Shown: positions 54,460-64,000 of the stretch, one piece after another
Layout of the letters: every line of letters begins with the position of its first letter
How positions within the stretch are numbered: position 1 is the stretch's first letter
Assembly: GCA_047967505.1 (NCBI GenBank)
Contig: CM106538.1
DNA from: Dipteris shenzhenensis
Taxonomy: Eukaryota
Direction: 5' to 3' (one strand)
Length of the DNA stretch: 64,000 bases
Translations under genes and position numbers: made by a program
Notes under the pieces: generated by a model
What the model was told of the DNA's origin: nothing
Database searches by the model: none
The model's input: only the letters and a program-made list of their open reading frames with translations

Positions 54460-56358
54460 GTATGCTTCCCTTCTTTCCCCTCCCCCCCTTTCTTCTCATC
54501 GCTTCGCTCGATTTTCTTCATCTTGAGACCTTTTCTACATTTTTTCCCGTTTCTCCTTTGCTTCCCTTCAAACGTTTTTTCATTTCATGCCGTTTCCCCC
54601 TTTCCCCATTCCCGTTTCGCAGCTCGATCTCCTTTTCGCCGCCTCCCCCTTCATTTCTTTCAGATACCCTCTCCTCTCTCCGCACGTTGATCACGTCCGA
54701 ATCCGATTGTCTACGTACCTTTTCGTGAAGTTTCTGGTATTATCTGGCTGCCCTTGAATTCTTCATACGTCTTCCAATTTTAAATCTCGTGGTTCAATCT
54801 ATCGTCAATGGTTCACGCCCCGGCTAGGCACCTTCATTTCGGCTCCAATGCACTCATGTACTCTTGCGTTTGCGTCTCTCGGGGACTCAATTTCGGGAGG
54901 TAGTTGTGTTGACATATCATTTTCTTAGGAATTCAACTTATGTATCTTCTCGGGCCATCGAGGCGTATATTACACTTTTCCCCACAGCGTTTTGATGAAT
55001 CCGGGAAATAGATCAACAATCTGGCAGCATTTTACATGGAATGACTGTACTTTCATGTTGAGAAGGATGCTGTATTGCATTACATATGAAGAGTACAGCT
55101 CATGTCCGAATACAGCCTGCAAGAGGGAGCGTGAGGCCATGATCCTTATCCTAATTTATCTGGTATCCTGAAGACACCAGGAACTTAGGTTAAAGTCCAG
55201 CCAATAACTTCTGTTTGCTGCTCAGCAAAGCTCATTCAAGGTGAAAGGGCGCGTCAGGCAATGATCCTTCCTTAGCGAAGGTATAGTGCGGAGAATAAAC
55301 GAGTAGCCTCCGTTAGACCCTCAGTTCGTGGCGAAGCGAGCAGTAGTTGGACAAACAATCTTGTAGCTGTATTTCTGATTTGGAATCGTGTTTTGTCTTT
55401 GAGGCGTTTTGGAGAAGATTCACTACCAAATTATGTGACGCTGTATTTAATTAAGGAAGCTAACCGCTAAAAACTGTCTGCATGTGTGAAGAACCAAGCG
55501 CTACGAATACATGTTAATTATGAACGGTTCATGTGGCATGCGATGTGTGTTGAGCTTTGTTCCTATTTTAGTTGTCACTCGTCTTCTGATGCTTTCTCTT
55601 CTCTTGTGACCGCATTAGCGGTACAGTTAGCTATGTGAGTCTTGCTTATGTAAAATATTTATCATCGCTAGACACTTTCAGTAGTGTTTAAAGTTATATA
55701 GCAGCAATAACTTTTTTCTTCTGATCGAAGCCTCTCTACTGTTTGCTCTTGCCATTTCTTGGTTTATTGTCGCCTAGTATATTTGTGTTGTAGGTATATG
55801 GAGAGTTTTGTCTCTGAGAAACTTGATTGCTGCCTTGTGTAGACATAGCAACTTTTATACAGTGCTTGAGTTGATGCATGGCTACATCTAATGCATTACT
55901 GCCAATATTTGTTAGGCTGGGTGCCACGTACTATGTTTCCTTGTAAGTTACTTCTTGTGTTCCAATTGTTGTATGGGCTATTTTGCTATTTTTTTCTGAG
56001 TTTCTCTTTTGTTGCAGCTCTCATTTATTGTTTAGATTTGGCATTGTATTCGACTTTCATTTTTTCCATTTTTCAATCCCTTACTGCAGTTCAGGGTCTC
56101 GTAGTAGCAGGGATGGGGATGTAATTCGCTTGGCGCTTCTAGAAATTGATGTGCATCTGAAGCTCTTTATGTAGTCTGGAAGCATCTCTGCATGACATGT
56201 TGACGAGCTTTGGAACATAGTTAATGGATTTTGACTACGAATTTTATTGAAGGACCATAGAATTGTCATAGGCTTTGGAATGTAGCTGATGCACTTTGAT
56301 GATGAACTGTATTGAAGGATCAGCAAAGTAGTAAGAGCGGGCTTCCCTGCATCTCCAA

Positions 56359-56407
56359 ATGGGCAAAGGTCCAGGCCTTTTTTCAGAAATTGGAAAGAAA
56401 GCAAGAG
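56359..56407 (+). CDS. VDAC: Mitochondrial outer membrane porin (VDAC), coding exon 1
   Basis: MGKGPGLFSEIGKKAR, donor AG|GTTTGG at 56408; not in the ORF track. Confidence 0.93.
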
Positions 56408-57345
56408 GTTTGGCTCTCTTGCTTTTTTGTGCTATCCATCTTTCATGAATTGTGTTAATGGTCTGTGCTTTGTTCTGTTTTTAGTTCATATGAACAGGCT
56501 TATTTGAGATACATGCCCAAACATGCCCTATTTCAAAGAATCACTGCTTGGAAATGTTTGGAATGCTTCATTTCCCAACGTCTGTCACTTGCAGTTCTTG
56601 TGTTAGATGCTCTAGTTTTCCTCAAAGCTGTCAAATTATGACTCATGTGGCATGCTTGTAAGCTCTCTTGTTATTCCTAGGGTTTGTTTTGATACAGCTT
56701 CTGCTATTAATCTTAGTTCCATTGCCGAGCATGCTTTTCTATCAGTGATCACTCAAGTATTTTCTACTTCACTTTGCAATGTCTTTGTATCGGAATAAAG
56801 TCTTCAAATCATTACATGTGAGTTGCAGCTTTACATGTCAATGGGTTTGCAGACCTGTCATCAAGGTTATAACATTGCTTAGGAATTCGTCTGCATTTTC
56901 TGAAGTTAGTGTGGGTGCATACTTTCTTCTGAACACATTGTTATGCCATTGTCGAAGTCTGAAATGATTGTATAAAGTTACACTATGCCTTTTTAAATTC
57001 AGGGTGGCAGTGAATTGGTCTATTTTGTTGATGTTATTCAAAGTGCAGTTGACGAAAGTCTTCACTCTATGTAATATTTGGCCAAGGGATTCTAGTGGAC
57101 TTTTGTGGGGATTTTTTCTAGAAAGACTCTGGCTTGTTAAAGAAAATGATTTAGGACCTGGTTGGTCGATACCTACTCAAAGGGTATTGGCTGGATGACC
57201 AACTACTAATTTTTAAAATTTCCCATGCATTTTTGAAAATTCAAGTAACAGAAACTCTCGCATCCACATTCTTTGCATGTGGTCCTGAAATTTCACTTTG
57301 TGGGTTTGATCAAGCATGCTTGTGAGACTCCTTTGTTCTCGAGGC

Positions 57346-57463
57346 AGGAGATGCAAATACGGCTGATTTGTAAATTTACTGTATGTCACATCATTACTCC
57401 TGCTAGGAGATGCAAATGTGGCTGATTTGTAAACTTACTGTATGTCACATCATTACTCCTGCT
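57346..57463. repeat. 59-bp tandem duplication in a VDAC intron
   Basis: AGGAGATGCAAAT..CATTACTCCTGCT at 57346 and 57405. Confidence 0.92.
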
Positions 57464-57974
57464 ACAGTCTTTGCATAGACCTTGCTACATTCTAGGTCCT
57501 TGTGTAAGTTTAATTGACAAATGTACAGCGGCTTCTGGTAAGAGCTGATTTTTCTCTTTTTACTTTCTCTGGTCATGGTCCATGAGCTTTTTCTTTTCTA
57601 TTGTTATTTCAACTGCAATTTCAATAGCACAATTTAAGTGTCATGATGGTTAGTGGGCTTTTTGGGCCCTCTTTGTTCCAATCACTCTGTACATTGCACT
57701 TGATAACACGTTACCTTGAAGCCTCTTCGATTGTCAGTGGATGTTTTTGGCTATCTCGTTCCAATTTCTTTTTGGCATTTGGACTGATTGAAAGTAGCTA
57801 CTTCTTTATTGGATGGTGTATGCGACTTTGCTTCTTGTCTGAAGACATAGCTTGAAGGAAGGTCGCTGTCATCATATTTATTAACAGCTGCCGAACTAAG
57901 CGGTAAAAGTGGTACAAGATAAGTCTTCCAGCCCTATGCTCTGATTGCTGAAATCTTAATATGTGTTTTGGCAG

Positions 57975-58042
57975 ACTTACTTTACAAGGACTACAATTAT
58001 GACCATAAATTCAGTCTCACAACGTGCACCTCAACTGGCTTG
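57975..58042 (+). CDS. VDAC: VDAC coding exon 2
   Basis: GGCAG|, (D)LLYKDYNYDHKFSLTTCTSTGL, donor GTGGGT. Confidence 0.92.
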
Positions 58043-58130
58043 GTGGGTGGTTCTTTCTCTGAAATTTCTGCCTCTGTTCCCATCAGAATTGATAGTTGCA
58101 GTTTGAGTCATGCTCACAAATGTCTTGCAG

Positions 58131-58241
58131 GCCTTCACTTCCACGGGAATAAAAAAAGGCGAAGCTTTTCTTGGTGATATCAATGCCCAGTTCAAAAAGG
58201 ACAATCTAACAACTGACGTGAAAGTTGACACAAGCTCAAAT
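58131..58241 (+). CDS. VDAC: VDAC coding exon 3
   Basis: TTGCAG|, AFTSTGIKKGEAFLGDINAQFKKDNLTTDVKVDTSSN, donor GTATGC. Confidence 0.93.
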
Positions 58242-58365
58242 GTATGCTTATGAGATTTCCCTTTCTTTCCAACATGCTCTTTTGAATGGTGGTCAAGTCA
58301 GGGTTGCTGAAATTCTGCTGTGAGATCTGTAATTTTGTTGTGTCTTCTACCACTGCCCGTGCCAG

Positions 58366-58452
58366 GTCTTTGCAACTGTCACCTGGGATGAAGCAGCTCC
58401 AGGATTGAAGACTATTCTTAACTTCACTATACCTGATCAAAGGTCAGGGAAG
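58366..58452 (+). CDS. VDAC: VDAC coding exon 4
   Basis: GCCAG|, VFATVTWDEAAPGLKTILNFTIPDQRSGK, donor GTATGC. Confidence 0.93.
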
Positions 58453-58560
58453 GTATGCAGGTTTTTCATTCAACAAACTCTCCATTTTGTAGAGAAGATC
58501 CAAGCCTTTAGTAGTGATCTCATCTGTAATGCTGATGCAATTGTATATGTATTGTATCAG

Positions 58561-58769
58561 GTGGAACTTCAGTATCTTCACGATTACACTGGTGTGAGCT
58601 CTAGCATTGGACTAACTCCAGCTCCACTTACCGAATTCTCTACAGTGGTTGGTTCCAAAGAATTTGCATTGGGTGGCGAGGTTGCGTTTGATACAGCAGC
58701 GGGAAATCTCACGAAATACAATGCAGGATTGAGCTTTACGAAGCCGGACTTCTCTGCGTCACTTCTTTT
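58561..58769 (+). CDS. VDAC: VDAC coding exon 5
   Basis: TATCAG|, VELQYLHDY..KYNAGLSFTKPDFSASLL, donor GTAAAA at 58770. Confidence 0.93.
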
Positions 58770-59495
58770 GTAAAAACCTTGCCAGAGTTTTTTAGAATTT
58801 ATTTCATTTAATGCTTTTTTTTTTCAATTGTGTTGTAAATTTGTAAGCTTCAGGTCCTGGTCTACTGGTGGTTTGCAATGGTTTTTGTTTAACCTATGAC
58901 TTGTGGAATATATGTGGTCTCTCTTGTTTGCGAGGCTTGAGCCTTGCACTCAATATTAGGTCATCCCAGCCCTGACCTTTTGACGTATAATATCTATTTT
59001 GTAAAATTCATGCATGAGTTCCATTGTAGAGTTTTGTATATTGGTGAACCTATTTTAAGCGTGGGTATGGACTGGAAAGGCTTTGGCTTGTGGTCTCCCC
59101 CTTATGTGGAGTACATGCAGTTTCTCTTCTTGTAGGCTTGTACTCAATAGTGGGTGTCCCTGGTCTCCTCGTCTTTTTGTGCTCCCCCTGAAAGCCAACT
59201 TTTTCTCTTATTAAGGTGAAGTTCTTCAGGTTGTTATACATTGTCGCCTACCAAAGATTGTGTAAGTCGTTCTGTTTCTTTTGCCTTCAATGTTGTAACT
59301 GTAAGCATATGATTTTCTGTTTGTCTTACATGATCTAATGCTGATACACATGCTTTGAGGTTTCAGTCATTATCAAGCCGTGCAGCACACAGATATTTCT
59401 TCTGTCATGTTCTGTGCAGCTTTTGTTTGACCATATGACGCACCACAAGTAGCTGCGGATGCCACTTCCTCTGATTACAGGGTCTGGTTTTGCAG

Positions 59496-59805
59496 GACTG
59501 ACAAAGGTGATACACTGAAGTTTTCCTACTTGCACTTGTTGAGTCCTCTTACCAATTCAACTGTAGCTGCTGAGATTGCGCACAGCATCTCCAAGAAAGA
59601 AAATTCGTTCACTGTTGGTGGTCTCTACATGTTGGACCCTCTAACATCTGTGAAGGCTAGACTTAATCACCATGGGAAGGTAGCTGCTCTTATTCAACAT
59701 GAGTGGATGGCCAAATCATTGGTAACTATTTCTGGTGAGGTTGACACACGATCACTGGAGAACAGTGCTAAGGTAGGGTTGCAACTGTCATTGAAGCCAG
59801 AGTAA
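59496..59805 (+). CDS. VDAC: VDAC coding exon 6 with stop
   Basis: TTGCAG|, TDKGDTLKFSY..LDPLTSVKARLNHHGKVAALIQHEW..KVGLQLSLKPE*; exons total 834 nt = 277 aa. Confidence 0.94.
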
Positions 59806-61895
59806 GGATCACAAACCATCTTTCACATAAGAAACAGACAATAAGCACGTTTGCCAGTGCTCATTTCTACGAGGGCAAGTTTCTGCTGGTTGCATGTCAC
59901 ATTTCTCCCTTCAAGAGTTTATTTTTGGCTGCTTCGCCTAACACGGATCTTGTACTTACGAAGGCTCTTTTAAAGGTGAATAAATTTTTGACAGAGCGAA
60001 GGATTGATGATATACTTTCACTGAGGATTTCACAATTCAATTTGTGCAGCTATTTTGATGTAGTCAAGTCCTCCAGGGCTCTTGTGTGAAACTTAATTGT
60101 CCATAGGGTACTAAGCAAAGCTGTTTGTTAGTTCCATGATTGCAAATGGGTAGCCAATTTCTTGATTGCTGGTTGTCATCAATTGCTGATCTTGTGTTAA
60201 CACTTGACTGAGGCTGTAATCATGCTAGGTTCCCTCTACCATGAGAATAGCGAACATTCACAGTAGCTCTACGAATAGACAGTGCTCACATTTTAATTTA
60301 TGTATTTTCTGGGCTGATGCAATCCATGCTTGCATGGCACCTAAATCATTATAGCTTATGCCTATCAAGCTGATAAGAAGCATGATTATTTAAAAAAGTG
60401 GCAGGAATATGAACGTTGTTACTCATTGACAGCAAATGGGGTGTTAAGGTATCACGCTCTCTTATTATACATCTCTGGCCATTCGTTGAAAAATCCTTTG
60501 GTCATTTCTTTTCTATGTCAAATTTTAAATTCTTAATCTATTCTCCATTGTAAAAGTTTCTGCAAGAATTGAACCATGAACACAACAAAGTATCTGCTGC
60601 ATGACACCAATACCTCGTTGAATTGAGGCTTTGGAATTAATACCACAGAGCATTGTGCATAGCTTTATGGCTGCATTGTGGGCAAAGCTTGGCTAGAAAA
60701 TTATATTGTAGGGGATGTACCTTTCCAAAAACGGGCTATTTACTCTGTTCTTACTGATGTCATGCTGGGTTAGGGTGAGGTTTATGATGTTTGTGTGTTT
60801 GAGGATCGGCAGTCCACTAGACTGAGGTTGGTAGTTTAGGGCTAGTATACAGCAGAACCAAGCAAAGTCAAGTAACTGTTGAATTCCTTGTGGACCTATT
60901 ATGGCAGGCTAGGCATAGGTAAGGCCTCTCAAGGGCTAGCAAGAGCAAATCATTTATTAATAGCCTTTGTCATGGCTGAGTCTGCCCGAGTTCCTACAGA
61001 AACTCATTACGAAGTTTTTTAAATAAATGGATGCTTAAGTGTGTGCGGGTGTGGATTTGTATGCGTGACGTTGTCATTGCTGAGTCTGCCTGAATGCTGA
61101 GAGAAACTCAGTAAGAAGAACTGTATAAATGGATGCTCAAGTATGTGTTACTGTTGGGCGCTGATGATGTCAGTGGGGATGTCATAGTAGCTATGTGTGA
61201 TGGAGTTTATGGTTTTCAACCTTACCGAGCGACTATTGTGAGATTGAAACTGCACTATGTTACGTTTTTAGAGGATGAGTTTGGGCATGTTCCTGGTTTT
61301 ATCTATAGGTATATTTAAATAGCCTAGGGTTGGCCCTCCTGCTATAACAATAGGTCTGTAGATTTACTGCAAACCCACCTTGAGCTGGTTTGAGGTCCCT
61401 TATTTATTAAGTGATTGTCAGATGAACTCTTCTTCGTTGAGATCGCTCGTCTTCAAAAATATGCTCCAAATAAGTCCTAACATCAGAGGCGCTCTGATGG
61501 AGGTTCTGTGCTCAACGTTGTATTACTGAATGTGAATCTATTCTGCCACTTCTGGAGGGTATTTGAATAGTTTAGAAAATTACTCCAGGGGCTATCATTT
61601 TCTTGCCAGCATTTTGGTACTCCACGGTGACCTTAAGGTTGGAGTCTAGAAATGAGTTACATTGTGTGCTTCAGCTTTAAGGTGTTAAAAGACATGCTTC
61701 TCATGTTTCCCTTGGTGATCTCTTTTAGTCACACTGCATTATTTAGTTTTCTATTTGCTCAATCACATACTAAACTTATTTGAAATTAATTTTGCTCATT
61801 TCCTATTTAAACAAGATGAATGCTCATAAATCATTCATAAAGCTTGCTCGAAAAATTGCGAGAGAAGAATTGGATGTGTAGAGGGTGGAAAGTTA

Positions 61896-61902
<7 letters not shown>

Positions 61903-61940
<38 letters not shown>
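61903..61940. repeat. (GA)n microsatellite
   Basis: Visible dinucleotide run. Confidence 0.95.
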
Positions 61941-61944
<4 letters not shown>

Positions 61945-62399
61945 GGGAGAGTTTATAGGGGAAAGAGAAACAGAGGGGATTATGTGATATGCGCGGCAAG
62001 AAAGAAAGAGAATTTCGTTTGTCCTAGTTGTTTTCATTACTCAAACCCCCCCCGTCTAGGGCAAGCTTGTAGTGCGCATGATCCTTGGGAATGTAGTGTA
62101 ACTATAGTAGGTGCAACTATATTGGGTGCATACAATAATTATTGAGTGATCAAAATAGGTAATAAGACTAGAGCAAGGAAAAAATGCATGGTTAAGATGA
62201 AAATGGAGGTCATGGTGAAAAGTAAGAGTATATCTTGTACTTGAAAGAAAGGGCCATAACTTGTGGAAACAAGTTGAAGTTTCTTTAGTGGGCCTGCCCT
62301 TGAACATGCTTGTGTTGTGTTTAGTTTTGTGGTGATCTTTTGGTTTTTATGTTATTTTTTGGTTTTTTTTTTGGGGTGGTCCTCTATATTTCTATTGTT

Positions 62400-64000
62400 G
62401 TGTAAAGCAACGAGTGGTTCGACCAATATATGTAGTTCGTGCTAGGTTTTATTCTCTTCTTTTGTGTTGGTCCATATTTGGTCAATTGTCGTTCCATGTA
62501 CTGTTGTTGACGATGTTATTATATGCAGCATATTGCAATCTCGCATCATTTCTTTGAGTTTTGTTGGAGGGGTTGTTTTTGAGTTTTAGTTGATATTGAA
62601 GTCCCCCACAATATATGTCGTCGTTTGTTGTGGTATCATGTCGATGATTTTTTTGATGTTTTGCGTGAGGTTTTGTGTTTTCGTTCTTGGCACTTTGTAT
62701 GTGTTAATAACTGTCAATTATTTGTTTGATGATGTTTGGAAGATTGTGAGGAGGCATTCACAGCCTTGATCGTTTACGTTTTAAGTGTTGGAGGAGATGG
62801 AGTTCTTGTTTGAAGTATGTGCCCCAGTCCCAGGCTTGTCGATGTTATGGTTATATTGAAAAGTGGTATGTCCGGTGCTGCATGTAGTTTTGTGTGTGTT
62901 TCTTGAAAACATAAGATTGTTGCTTGGAGGATGCTTTGTGAATTCATGATGTCTTCTTTGTGAAGGTTGAGTGAGCGTGTGTTCAGGCTCTGCAACGTTT
63001 TTCCTTGGTATTTTGTGTTACTATAGTCCACCTGGTCGAATGTCCAACTGTTATCTGCATGTAGTCTTGCCATTTCCCGGAGTATAGCACTGTCTGTTTT
63101 TTAGTTTTTTCATTTTCTAGCCTCAAGTCGAAGTATAGGTTTTGGGAGTGTGGACTCTTGATAGTGCTGTGTAGAGCAGCCCATGTGATTTGATCCCAGT
63201 GGGATCAAATACTAGCACGTCCATGGTGAGGCCTTGTGAGTGATGCACCGTTCTTCCTATAGGGGCCTGTAGCGGGAATTGTTTCCATGTGATTATGTTC
63301 AAGTGGTTGTTGCCTACTTGAAAGTCACACGTGATTCGTAGAATAGGTGTCCACTTGTTGCCGATCTCTCTATCATATAGGTTTTGGTTTTCGTAGTGTG
63401 CTTTTGTTCTTGTCTTCATGTCATTGAATTCCACCCAGACGCGGGAAGGTTTATGTTGCATTTTAGAGCCTCTAAATATTCTGTTTGTGTAGTTGACCAA
63501 GCCATCATCGATGTCTAGGTTGCCTGATCATATTTCAACTATCATTCTTGGCTTAAGATCCAATTTGTGTTCTAGGCCACAAGCTTTTCGTGGGTCCTCT
63601 AGGATTATTATTGTTTTGCTACATGTTTTCTACCTGGTATCAATCGATGGTAGAATGTGTGGTTGATATGGTAGGCTATCGAATATCTTTTGATTGTGTT
63701 GGTTCTTCACGTTGTTTGTGTAAAATAAATGCGGGATGATGTTTTTGTGCGGTGGCCTTTTGAGGTGCGCAATTGTTAAATAGTTAATGTCTTGTTGAGT
63801 TTGTGTTGCTGTTTTGATTCTATTGAGTATGTCTAGGAACACCTTGTTATCCTGGCGCATTGGTTTTTCCAATTGGTAGCACTTAATGTGTGACCTCCAA
63901 ACCGAACTGATCATCGTTGTTGTTGATTGATGTGAGAATATCGAGGTGTCTTTTACTAGGCTGGCTTGGCAAAGGTCACCGCAGAGAACCAGGTCCACCC
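62400..64000 (-). mobile_element. Decayed Helitron/Helentron-type ORF: Pif1-family helicase followed by an AP-endonuclease domain; 5' part beyond the right edge
   Basis: Helicase GDLCQ, LEKPMRQD..FLDILNR, NLDIDDGLVN, KQFPL..RTVHHSQGLTMD, LYTALSRV; endonuclease LNTRSL, CFQETH, VINTYK, VGDFNIN, TIDQIWTN, YWSNH. Confidence 0.85.

Noticed and set aside
54965-54973. GTATATTAC, identical to one strand of hairpin-ribozyme loop B
   Set aside because: No AGAAACA partner with correctly pairing helices 3 and 4, and no loop A.
55277-55290. GAAGGTATAGTGC resembling the group I intron J8/7-P7' element
   Set aside because: No convincing P7 partner or P3/P4/P6 core could be built.
60750-61520. Scattered TGATGA / CTGA boxes downstream of VDAC as a snoRNA cluster
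   Set aside because: No terminal stems or recognisable rRNA antisense elements were seen; needs snoscan or cmscan.
62015-62075. CTAG motifs and a C-run as the canonical Helitron 3' end
   Set aside because: No clear GC-rich hairpin at the expected distance and no following T; terminus left unresolved.

Overview
Eukaryotic land-plant nuclear DNA, repeat-rich, with long TE-filled introns. A fern or similar large-genome lineage is my inference; the sequence does not prove it. Two intact spliced host genes lie on the + strand. One is an APR-like thioredoxin-fold membrane protein (APRL, 4 exons, 17167-36117, ~343 aa) whose second intron is 17.7 kb of nested LTR retrotransposons. The other is a mitochondrial porin (VDAC, 6 coding exons, 56359-59805, 277 aa). 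The rest is transposon-derived: three Ty1/copia relics (one with an internal ~580-bp inversion), a young Ty3/gypsy chromovirus with ~99% identical LTRs, two non-coding LTR elements with clear TSDs, a multi-zinc-knuckle gypsy gag-pro relic, LINE and pogo-like remnants, and at the right edge a decayed Pif1 helicase joined to an AP-endonuclease domain (Helentron-type rolling-circle element). The best leads for something undescribed are (1) this endonuclease-bearing Helitron in a land plant and (2) a compact, apparently highly structured RNA segment with a uORF and splice signals in the VDAC leader intron. All calls come from manual reading; no searches or folding programs were run.
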